A DNA stretch of 64,000 nt from Selaginella moellendorffii (lineage: Eukaryota; Plantae; Lycopodiophyta), in assembly GCF_000143415.4 (NCBI RefSeq), contig NW_003314288.1:1488056-1552055 (forward strand), in the 5' to 3' direction. The notes beneath the pieces are model-generated. The model was not told where the DNA came from, did not search any database, and saw only the letters and a program-made list of their open reading frames with translations. Made by a program: the position numbers and the translations under genes. Below, piece by piece: positions 46,081-56,561 of the stretch (position 1 is the stretch's first letter; the number at the start of each line of letters is the position of its first letter).

Positions 46081-48300
46081 TCACCATCCGGAGAAGTCTT
46101 TAAATGCAACTCCGCCAGAGTCAGCAGTGATCTTTTTCCTTGGCAGCTCTTCGCTGTCAGCATGTAGAGACGAAGCTAGCTTCACGCTTGATTTAAGGTA
46201 TTTGGCAACTCCGCCGCCAGTCGATACAGGTGGATTACTGTACCATGATCCGACCTTGTCCTGGGAAAACAGTGCTTCCTCATGAGCTCAAATACATTTA
46301 GAGAATAAAAAAGTGTGGGACTCACGTTCTCCGTCTCTGTTTCTTCGGCTTTGTGTTTTTGTTCTTCTGGTTCCTCTGGTTCTGTGTACGGGTTCACGTA
46401 AACCGAAGCCTTCAGGATTTTGATTTCTTCCTGCATGAGTAAAGTATAAGGCAGAGACACGGGAAAGGACAAGAGCTTACCAAAGGACGATCCTCATCGT
46501 CTACAGGAACTTTATCCATAATAGACAAAGCTTCGATGCCTCCCACCACGTTGCCAAACACCGTGTGCTTGCGATTCAAATGTGGTGCCGACTTGTAGAG
46601 AATAAAAAACTGCGAACCGTTACTGTGAGGACCACTGTTGGCCATGCTTAGTATGCCTCTGCCGGAATGTTGCAGCTTGGAGTGAAACTCATCTTTGAAA
46701 GGCTTTCCCCATATAGACTTCCCTCCGTGTCCCGTGCCTGTGGGATCGCCTCCTTGAACCATGAAATTCCTGAGAGAATAGAAACGTCAAGATGGAATCT
46801 CCAAAATCTAGGACAAACCTGATGTTTCGATGAAATATGACACCATCGTAGTAGCCGCGCTCGCAAAGGGTCAGGAAGTTCTCGCACGTCCGTGGTGCCA
46901 TGTCGCAGTGCAGCTCGATGTTAAGCTCGCCATGCGTGGTTTGAAGCTTGGCGTATCCTTTCTTTTTCGGATTTTTTTCCGCTTTCACAAACTCCTCTTC
47001 GTTCGTCGTCACTGGAGCGTACGTTGTTGAAGTTAATGATCGAGAAGCAGCCCCCGACGAATACCGGCTCTTCACCAGCTGCGTGTTAACGGGCACACGC
47101 TCGCCGGCGACATGAGCAGCAACACGAGCAGCGGACTTCTCTGCACTCAGCGCTTTGGCGGAGGCGTGAGGTTTCCCGTGTAGAGCAGCAGACGCTTTGT
47201 CAACAATGCTCATTGCTGGAGCAGGAGTTGTGTCCTCAGGAATCTCTTTAGCTGATTTCACAGCCGCAAGAGCGGCAGCACGCTGTGTCTGAGCTTTACC
47301 ACCACCACCACCTTCGTCTGCCACTTGTTTCGCTTTCTCGGTTCCCAGATCTCGCAGCATACGCTTGGTATCTTCGGACATGTTGATGTAGTACTCCGGG
47401 TCTTCTTTCATCTTCCTCATCTCTACGACACAAGATATTGCAACGAACTGAAAAGACACAGAAACACGCATACCTTCGCTTTCGACAATAATTTCCTTTT
47501 GAACATGATCGAACTCTGACAGAACTTTTGTCTCGAGCTGGTTAGGATCCTTTCAGTCATAACAGAATGTCTTGTCAGATTTAAGATGACGCAAACAATT
47601 ATTTACCTGAATGGTGATTATATCATTCCTGCTAAAGGGTTCATCAGTTAGAAGTTCTTTCCAGTTTTTGGCCTTCAAATTGAGCTCCTTGATTGCCTAC
47701 AGAACTACAAATTGAAACAATAGATTACTTCTATAGCTGATTGCAAACCTCGTACGAGAAGACGTTCCCAGTCGTCTTAATCGCAACAATGTGTGTGAAT
47801 TCTGTGAAGACTTTGTGAAGGACAGGACAGTGATACTCTCCTGCACACAAGAAACTAGAGTCAAAAGGCAACGCTCAAAACCAATCAAAGAGCAGCATGA
47901 CTCGCTCACCATCTGCGTTTTTGTGAAACTCTAGCTTGATCAAATCCTTCAAGCTGAGAGGAGTGCCAGTGACAGGATTCTTCTTATGCTTCTGCACATA
48001 AGGCACGATATGCCTGGAAAAAAGTCAGGAAAAACGAAGAAAAATCAGCTTACATGAGCTCGAAGACGTGCCCCTCTTTCGTACACATTGGATCGGAGAA
48101 TGGCGTGAAAGTAAGCCTAGAACACCACATTTTCCCAGGTCCTGCTAGAAATCATGAAATCGAAAAACTCACGCGCAGCAGTAGTATGGAAGGCGCTTGA
48201 ACGGAAGGCGCACGTCCCTGTCCTTGGCGCCTCCCCATTCCGTCGCCCATTCCGTGCGTGTGATGAAGAGCCGATCCTTGCTGTGCTGCTTCTTGCCCAT
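46081..48300 (-). CDS. CYP65: U-box/cyclophilin peptidyl-prolyl isomerase PPIL2 (CYP65), multi-exon
   Basis: [57 protein letters not shown]-terminal FKDFSGW*. Confidence 0.93.
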
Positions 48301-48436
48301 TCTCAAAACCCTATCCTGGCGGGAGAACGAAGAACCCTAAAATTGAGAGAGAGCTCAAGATTGAGATATTCTTTCGATTCTAATCGGACGGTGTACATTC
48401 GAACTAACGGAAGATGCCGATCCAACGGCGCGGACT

Positions 48437-50908
48437 TCACCTTGGGCCGGACAAGTAGCTCGCCGAGAGGAGATCCTCACTGTTAAACTCGCTGCCGAGC
48501 GAGTACCCATCTCGCTCGCTCACAGCGTCGGCCATTCGAGCGTGAAGCCTCACCGCCAATTGACTCGACAGTGGCGGATCCGGCACTGGAACGTTTCCCT
48601 CGAGCATCTGGACGACCTTGCCGATCGAGGGCCGCAAATGCATCTCCTCCTGGATGCACCACAGCGCGATCTTCACGGCCTTGACCACCTGTTCTTCGTT
48701 TGAGTGGCCTTTGAGCCTGGCGTCCAGCAACTCCACCAAGGCTCCCACCTCGGCCTGCTTGAAAGCGTAGGCCGGGATGTACCACTTGTCCGACGTCTCG
48801 TTGGGATCAAAGTTCTTGCGGCCGCTCACGATCTCCAGCAGCACCATGCCGAAGCTGTAGACGTCGCTCTTCTCGGAGATGGCGGTGTTGAGAAGCCACT
48901 CGGGCGCGAGGTAGCCCCGAGTTCCTCGCATGGTCGTGAAGACGTGGCTTTGCTCCCGGTTCATGAGCTTGGCCAGCCCAAAGTCGGACACTTTGGCCGT
49001 GAAGTGCTCGTCCAGGAGGATGTTCTCCGGCTTGATGTCGCAATGGATGATCCTCTCGCGGCAGTCCTCGTGCAAGTAAACCAGCCCTCTCGCGGTTCCC
49101 AGCGCGATGTTGTATCTCGTGTCCCAGTCCAGCACGACCGGCGGCTGTTGATTCACGGGGCTGTCGCTCAGCAACTGGCTGCTGCTTTCGTTGAAGAGAG
49201 ACTTATCCAGCGAGCCGCGAGCTAAGAACTCATACACCAGGAGCCTGTGTGTTCCCTCGGAGCAAAATCCACGGAGCCTGACGAGGTTCACATGATGAAT
49301 GCTGCCGATAGTCGCGACTTCCGCTCGAAACTCTTTCTTTCCCTGTCCGATGCTCTCCAGTTGCTTCACCGCCACCTTGCTCTTGTCCGGGAGAGTGCCT
49401 TCGTAGACAGAACCGAATCCACCGCCGCCAAGTTTCTTGCTAAATCCATTAGTCGCAGTTTGCAGCTCCTTGTACGTGAACCGCGCTGGAAGTCCGGGTA
49501 TGGCTTCCAAGAAGCCATCCTCCTCGTCTGGATCGGCTCTTGCGGCTCTCAGCCTCCGCTTATACCACCACACGAACCCACCGATGAGGACGAGGATCAA
49601 GCCCAGGCTGCAGCCGACGATCACGTAGATCAGAATGCTCTTCTGCCCATCGTTGCCTTGTTTCTTGGGAGCTTTTATAAACGTCTGGAAGCCACCGTTT
49701 GTGCTGTCGAAGCTCCCGAGCTTCACCGTGTTGGACAAGTAGCACGACCCCGACGTCGTGTTGAAAAACCCGGTCGTGCACGAACAGTTCTCCGTGCAAA
49801 GTCGCTTGCAATCCTGGAGCGTGACCGCGGATGCTGGTGTAGCAAACTGGTTTGCAAAGTAAAACAAGTTCGTATCAAGGTCTTGAAACTGAAAGTCTTG
49901 CGGGGATTTGCAGAGGTCCAAAGCCGCCACTTTGCATCCCTGCGTCGGATTACTGGGATTTATCAGTGGAAGCGAGGCCGGACAGTTGCATTGCCCGTTG
50001 GAAGAGCACACTCCATACGGCCCGCAAGGACTTGGCAGCAAGCAGTTGTCCAAGAAAACGGAAGCATCGGGAAGTTGGCCACTCGACGTAAACGCCCTCG
50101 ACTTTAGATTTCCATCGGAGCCGAGAACGAGCAACACCATGGTGCCGGAGCTGTTCGTCTGGCTCGGCAACGGTAGCGTGGCGACGAGTGTGGAGCTACC
50201 GTCGTAGAGACCGAGCTGCCCAGGAGAAACGCTCGCAAACTCGGGGTCCGTCTGGAAGTTTAAGATGGATCGCACGTCCGTGGCCAGCCTCCAGTATGGG
50301 ACGAGAGCTCCTCCTCCCATATCCATCTCCAGCTCCAATGTGTGGTCACCCAAGCTCAAACTATACGGGCCCTGGGAGAAGTCCGTCGTCGACTTCTTGC
50401 TCGTGAGCTTCATCCCGCGCTGGAGCTTCTGCCCGACCACAATCACGTCGGTCGGATGCGCAAAGCTCTCCCACAGCGTCCTGTTCCTGCTGTCCTGGAC
50501 GACCAAGTTGCCGCTATCGAGCAGCCGGAGAGTCTGCGCGTCGCTTCCATTCGTGCCGGTGCTCCAGACCGGCAAGCCGCGCGGCCCAAAGAGGATGACG
50601 TTGCCATCGTCCTGGAAGATGAGATTATCGGCCTGGCTCACGGGGACGTTCCTGTTGGCAGTCCACACGATCTGGTTGATCGCCGCGCCCAGCACCACCG
50701 AGAGGTAGTACTGATTGCGACTCGAGTAGAAGAATGTGAGGATGAAATTCCCACTCGCGGATTGCATGAACTGGCCCTGGTTGTCCACCCAGTGCATATC
50801 CGACGCGCTGAATGGCTTGGAGACATGGTCGCTGAAGAGCGAGTTCGCCGATCCCAGGCCAAGAGCACACATTACCAATCCTACCGCAAAAATCGCGCCC
50901 TCCAGCAT
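48437..50908 (-). CDS. G-type lectin S-domain receptor-like kinase (SD2-5-like), intronless
   Basis: Signal peptide from MLEGAIF, B-lectin (VWTANR, LLDSGNLV, WESFAHPTD), EGF/PAN cysteines, TM, kinase with HCDIKPEN, DFG and GTRGYLAPE. Confidence 0.95.
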   Translation of the reverse strand: MLEGAIFAVGLVMCALGLGSANSLFSDHVSKPFSASDMHWVDNQGQFMQSASGNFILTFFYSSRNQYYLSVVLGAAINQIVWTANRNVPVSQADNLIFQDDGNVILFGPRGLPVWSTGTNGSDAQTLRLLDSGNLVVQDSRNRTLWESFAHPTDVIVVGQKLQRGMKLTSKKSTTDFSQGPYSLSLGDHTLELEMDMGGGALVPYWRLATDVRSILNFQTDPEFASVSPGQLGLYDGSSTLVATLPLPSQTNSSGTMVLLVLGSDGNLKSRAFTSSGQLPDASVFLDNCLLPSPCGPYGVCSSNGQCNCPASLPLINPSNPTQGCKVAALDLCKSPQDFQFQDLDTNLFYFANQFATPASAVTLQDCKRLCTENCSCTTGFFNTTSGSCYLSNTVKLGSFDSTNGGFQTFIKAPKKQGNDGQKSILIYVIVGCSLGLILVLIGGFVWWYKRRLRAARADPDEEDGFLEAIPGLPARFTYKELQTATNGFSKKLGGGGFGSVYEGTLPDKSKVAVKQLESIGQGKKEFRAEVATIGSIHHVNLVRLRGFCSEGTHRLLVYEFLARGSLDKSLFNESSSQLLSDSPVNQQPPVVLDWDTRYNIALGTARGLVYLHEDCRERIIHCDIKPENILLDEHFTAKVSDFGLAKLMNREQSHVFTTMRGTRGYLAPEWLLNTAISEKSDVYSFGMVLLEIVSGRKNFDPNETSDKWYIPAYAFKQAEVGALVELLDARLKGHSNEEQVVKAVKIALWCIQEEMHLRPSIGKVVQMLEGNVPVPDPPLSSQLAVRLHARMADAVSERDGYSLGSEFNSEDLLSASYLSGPR

Positions 50909-51816
50909 CCTTTTCTCGCTCGATTCCTCCCAGATCTGCTTTCCCTGACCTGATCTACGCCACGAATCGCATCCTAGCGGCCCCCGTGCCCACCCCCTGG
51001 ACCGATGATCCACCGGCGATTCAACGTGGATATTTCGACCCCGAGAATGCGGGCGCCGCCTCGCCGCACTGGCGCTACCTCGCTATCTCCTCCAGGGGAT
51101 CAAAATCTCCACACAACTCACCACCGCCATCACGCCAAGCTCGAGCGATTGAATGAAAGCCCCCGCATTGGAGCCAGCCGTTGATGTCAGTCAAGGGGTC
51201 CGTGCAATCCCGACCGTTGGATCGCTGGCAAACTTTCTCAGATCATCGGTTGTCTTCCTGGCAACATCATAATGTCCAGACGACAAAGCTTTGCGAGCAT
51301 ATTCCCCGGAATCTTCTCTCCCCTATTTAACAAAGTCGCCGCGTCTTTGACAATGCCGCAAAAACTCCATAGCCGGCGTGACTGTCCTACCAACCGAAAC
51401 GACTGATCCTTCCTTGGTTGGAGCCGGTCAGTCGAGAAGAAAAAAAAAGAAGTCTTTCTTCTCTTCTCATCGACGCTTTGACGGCGTCGGGAGCGATCGA
51501 TCGGATGTGATAGAAGCAGTGATGCAATGCTGAGCTTCACTCCAGACACCTGTTTGATCGGGTGTGGGATCTCAACCTGTGGAAATTCGGGAAGAAAACA
51601 AACTTGTCCCTGTGCCTGTTAAAATCGATCCAGCTCTCGCTGTTAAGCTACAGTCGAAGAAAAGGAAGGCTGGTACCTCTTTCCATGAATTCACGAAGAA
51701 TGGGAGAGGGTGGCTCCACGGTAGTAATACTTTCGCATCCAAAATCTCTGAGAAGTCTCACTATGACCAGAAGAAGAAAAAAAGGAAAACTGAAGGTGTG
51801 CTCACCGACCTGGATC

Positions 51817-52547
51817 CTAATCTCTTCCCCATTTATTGATCACGCGTGACTTCGCGCTTTGAGGCTCACTGGTCACGGGAGCTAGAGGAGGAGTAGTAGC
51901 ACCACTTTGTTGTTGCTTTCGCTTCGTCGCCCTTCGAAGCAGCAGCGGTAGATTCAACACAAATGCGACGCTTTTCTTTCCCCCCATCAGCATGTATTTG
52001 GGAAGATTAAGCAAAAGAACCAAGGACTTCTTCCCGTTCGTGAGGAGGAAAAACTGCAAAGAAAAGAGAAGAGTGGACATCAGTTAGTTCATGCATGGAT
52101 GGACGAACGAAACACGAACTTACGATTCCAATCAACCCCGTGAAAGCGAAGACAATTTGCTTGGCTTCTTCCCAGGAGCCCTCGTTCGCGGGGTCACCTC
52201 CGCCACCACCACCGCCGCCTCCGCCGCCTCCACCACCGCCGAATCCCCCCCAACGTCCTTTTCCTCCGCCAGAGCCTCGAGAAGTAGCCTCTCTCCTCCG
52301 GATTTCCTCGTCCCATTTACTGAACGCCTCCTTCTTCCCACCTAAAGCCTGTTCTAGAGCCTTTCGAGCGGCCTCTTCCTGGAGCACAGCGAGTGTGTCA
52401 CGCACGGGAGATCTATCAGTCCGCATTTACCTTGGAACTCCGGCCGCCGATGCAAACAATCCGCGAATCGCCTACTCTGCAGCGCCGTGGCGCTGCCAAG
52501 GCGAGATCCACCGCCGCGGGAGAATGCAACGCCATCGCCATCGCCAT
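51817..52547 (-). CDS. Gly-rich conserved protein of unknown function, probably plastid-targeted, 3 exons
   Basis: Transit-like MAMAMALHSP.., ARKALEQALGGKK..KWDEEIRRRE, poly-Gly, TM segment, ending VINKWGRD*. Confidence 0.7.
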
Positions 52548-53522
52548 TTCTGGCCCTAGATACAGAGTCCCCCCTAGCCCTAATTCTATAGTGGCCGACC
52601 AAAATGATTTTGAATAAGATGTTTATAATTTATATAATCTTTTTTAAACACAAAAAAGTTTTGTTTATAAGTTACATTCTAGTTTCAATATTAGAAGTAT
52701 ATATGTGAAATTATTTATAATTATTTTATATCATTTTCCATCTAAATCAACTTTGTAAGCATTTAATTGTTGCATGATCTCTGTATGAAATCAAATTGCA
52801 TTTCACTCGTTCTCATTTATCCATTCAAAATAATATTTCATCTTCTTTAAAGAATGGTTATTTATTCATAATTTATTACATGATGGATTATTAAGATAAA
52901 AATTAATTTTTCATTTTGATTATTTCCAACATGACTGATAAATTGAGTTGATGATGGCTATGGAACCAAAAACTTAATATATTATATTGTAGATATTCTA
53001 TTATAGTTTATACTGAGATTCACATTATTTATATTTTATGATCATAGCTTGAAATCATATTGTAAATCTAATTTGAAAATTTTGTATTTCAAAGGCTTAA
53101 AAGTGTTATTTTAAACTATCCAATGCAACTTGAAAAGTGTATATATGTAACATTTATTCGTAAATTATTTATATGGTCTTGCAATGTTTACCATGAAACA
53201 TGAAAACAAAAATGCCCCTTTGTTGCAATAAATAATCTCAGAATTATATTCTATCATTTAATTAAAATTTAATCAAATAAATACCAGTGATTTAATTTAA
53301 TTAGTAAACATATAGATATTGACTATAGAGCACTATAGTATGATGGGATGATTGCTTGCATAATGTCCTTCAATTAACAATTGAATATGATGAATCTACC
53401 TGGATATTCTAGTATTTATATTCATTTAGCTTAATCTTGTGTTTATAACATAATCAAAAGTCCTATTTAAAGATGTAAAAGGACTTTTTGTCTTTTTTTT
53501 AATACACGTAAATCCATAATAT

Positions 53523-54521
53523 CTAAAAAATGCTAGCTTTTAGTTTTGCCGTAGCAGCGCAAACATTGTTGGATGGAACTCTCTGTGCTCTGTTTTTGAC
53601 AGCCAGGACTGGCCTGTGAGCAAACAAGACTTCCTCACATGCAAGATGAGCCGGCCCATCCTTTGGAACCGCAACCCAAGTCTCCCTGACGCTCTCGACC
53701 CGCCCCGCTGCCATGTCCACCACTGTGAAGTGCCTCCGCTCGTCCTCGCAGCGCGGCACAACGGCTCCATTTACGTAGACCGTCCCCGTCTTGGCAGCAC
53801 TTTTGGCATCACACAAACACATTTTGCGTTGCTTGCCACGATTGTAACCAAGAAGTTGCCTGTGCATGTGTCCAAACACCACTAGCGCCACCCTGGATGC
53901 ATCCTGCTCCCGGACCATATCTAGAGCCCGAGCAAAGTCCGGATCCCCGTGATCACCTCCACCGCCTTTGTCAAAATCCTTGCCGCAAATGTCACCAGGC
54001 TGAGAGCCCAGGCCCGCGGGCCCGTTATGGCCCAGGAACACAAGCGAGTGGCCCTCGGGCGCGGACAGGGCCAGGTGGGCGATTCTTGTGGCGCTCTGCT
54101 CCATGTTGTCCACGCCGTAGGTGCTGGACAGGAATTCCGAGTTGTAAAACCTGTTGCCGCCGGTTGCAAAGGGCCTCACTCCAATTACGCTCAGCTTCAA
54201 GTCTGGATAGTCTTTGCGCCTGTAGCCGACGTGATCGTCGCCCAGGGCTTTGAGCATCTGATCCAACCTCTTGGTGGCGCTGCTGCACTTCTTGGGCGTC
54301 GGCTTGTGTGCAGCGCTGTAGCAGCAGTCGTGGTTGCCTAGGATTGCCGCCTTGGGCATTCCAAGCTTGCTGATCTCTTGCACGATCTGGACGTTCTCGT
54401 CGCCGAAGTCGCCCACAAACAGCACCAGATCCGGCTTGAGAAGCTCCAAGGCTTGGGCATCCAGCTTTGAGTCCCACGCGCCATGGACGTCTCCCACAAT
54501 TGCAATTCTGCTCTTGCCCAT
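53523..54521 (-). CDS. Calcineurin-like metallophosphoesterase (DevT/TIGR04168-like), intronless
   Basis: GDVHG, GDFG, ILGNHD, GHNGP, DHGDPD, FGHMH, YVNGAVVPR. Confidence 0.88.
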   Translation of the reverse strand: MGKSRIAIVGDVHGAWDSKLDAQALELLKPDLVLFVGDFGDENVQIVQEISKLGMPKAAILGNHDCCYSAAHKPTPKKCSSATKRLDQMLKALGDDHVGYRRKDYPDLKLSVIGVRPFATGGNRFYNSEFLSSTYGVDNMEQSATRIAHLALSAPEGHSLVFLGHNGPAGLGSQPGDICGKDFDKGGGGDHGDPDFARALDMVREQDASRVALVVFGHMHRQLLGYNRGKQRKMCLCDAKSAAKTGTVYVNGAVVPRCEDERRHFTVVDMAAGRVESVRETWVAVPKDGPAHLACEEVLFAHRPVLAVKNRAQRVPSNNVCAATAKLKASIF

Positions 54522-54734
54522 ATACCTTAGCTTCCTGTGCGAAAACCCTACCTTTTGCAGGCGCGGATTTATATGGTGTTTAGGGTGTGCTAAAAAATAA
54601 AAAGGCATTCGGTTGCGGTCCTTCGTCCAGCCGGGGGTAACCAATGTTAACTGATGTCAGCGCTAACTCACATTTCTGAAAAGTTGGTGTGTGCTGGTAT
54701 TCTTTCCTGCTTAGCATTTCCATGCCTGTTCTTG

Positions 54735-55360
54735 TCTGCTCGCATTCACTGACTTTCGTCTTGACGAGCTCTATTTGATGCAGCTTTCTTTTCACTGCAT
54801 TTGCATAGGGGAAAGATGTCTAGACTGGCATCTTACATGCGGGACTGCAACGAAGTTATGAGAACGTAATGCATCAGCATAAGATCAAAGAACTTAAATC
54901 TAGTGACCAGGATTTTGGAACGATTGCTACAGAAGAATTTGGTGCACCGTGATCGTCCATATCCATCCACTGGTCAATCCCAGTTACCTCGAAGATGTGG
55001 CCGCAGTCGAGAAGCTGGATGAATCTATTGGAGCTCCCGCTCTCCCCCAAAGTCATACATCGAAAGTATCCGGGTGGCAAATGCGTTAGGCACTTGGGCA
55101 AGGCTCTCCACACAGTCCGATGCAGGGATGCTCACAAACGAGCAGCTTCGTGCTGTCACAGCGTGGCCTCTCGCAGATCTCGAAGCACAAAAACTTGCAG
55201 CTGAAATGCTCGCAGTTCCAGGAGCAAGGCTCGAGGCACTTCTTGCATGGTGCTCCACAGACGTCTGTGCATCTGCTGTGAAAGTAGAGTTTCTCACAAG
55301 GCTGTGAGCAAGGTGGACATGAAGAAGCACAGCTCTTGGCGGTGCAGTAGTGCCCCTGTG
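54735..55360 (-). pseudogene. Fragment of NF-X1-type Zn fingers plus atypical RING region of a ZNFX1-like protein
   Basis: CSQPCE..HSRCTDVCGAPC..C.EPC.W.C.H..C..LC.E.C.RPRC..L.CEHPCIGLCGEPCP, then RFIQLLDCGHIFEVTGIDQWM and YANAVKRKLHQIELVK, with stops and frameshifts. Confidence 0.7.
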
Positions 55361-56561
55361 AGAAAAAGATTTTACTTACCACTCGTTCACTCGCTACTGC
55401 AACTTGTTCACTTCTAGTACACAGCAAAAAATTTTTCAAGCGTCTCCCATTATGACAACCTAAGCTGGCTGATTTGTGAAGTTTAGGGTTATCTCAATAA
55501 ACAGGAAGTGAAAATCTAAGGAATATTTCACTTTCCAAAGTGTGGAAACAATCAGCTTGGATTTTCCCATGGTGTTATTGGCTAGAGTCGTCTCGTAATC
55601 GCATTCAATCTTATTTTTTGCCTTGTTCTTCCGTTGGCTCCTAATACAATGTGAGACACAGAAGTTGCTAATTTGGCTTCGCTCCAGAACCCAAACAGAT
55701 AAGCTGGGCAGCACTGGACAAACTTATCAAGCAAACTTTGATGGTTCGCGTCACCTCACTTGGAAAACCCCGGAAAACCCTTTGTGACATTTGTAATTAA
55801 TCTGACTTTAAAGCACTTAAATTGTTCCAACAAGAAGACGAGCAGTGGATCCGCAACACTTCAACGCCATAGTTCCTCTCCCTAGCAACTAGTCCTCTCA
55901 AACGCACCTAATGTAAACTTCAACGGGTTTGATATAATCTCCAGCTTCACATCCCACAGTGGCCAAGAGAGGGGTTCTTCAGATGTGGAGCTCTCATTTT
56001 GAGCCTCGTCCGGTCACCGATATATACAACCCGTCGCTACATTGGGAAGATCCAAGGATGTGTGATGACGATACTGACGCGACAAAGAGAATCCAAATTG
56101 CATTCTTGCATCCATCAGTTTCATGCTTCAAAATGGCCACCGCCCATCAAAACTATAGGTAAATAGATATTCTGTTTCAACACTCTCAGGCTTGACGATG
56201 AGAAGGCATACAAATACGCCAAGAGGTCTGTTGTAAGTAATTTGAAGAAGATCCTAGGATACGCTTAAATGTTCCTTGTACAAGATGAATAGACACCTTA
56301 CCCTCTAAATACCGTAGGGCTCTCATATCTCAGAGTCCTTCACCGGAGGCAAATGCCCTGCCTGGGCATTTACTTTAGCAAATACAAGCTCTGGGCATAT
56401 GCTGTGCCAAGTTTGCTTGACAAGAGAAAGATTGAGCTCGTTTAAATATCACTGAGAGTTACTATCGAGTTACTATAGACTTGGTCACTTCTACACTGGA
56501 GGATTTTGAGATTCCAAGAATCCCTCCAAATGAAAACCCCCTAGGGTTTAAGTAAAAGTCC

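Noticed and set aside
55950-56250. Possible C/D snoRNA boxes (TGATGA..CTGA)
   Set aside because: The boxes are too close together, and no terminal stem or rRNA guide was identified.
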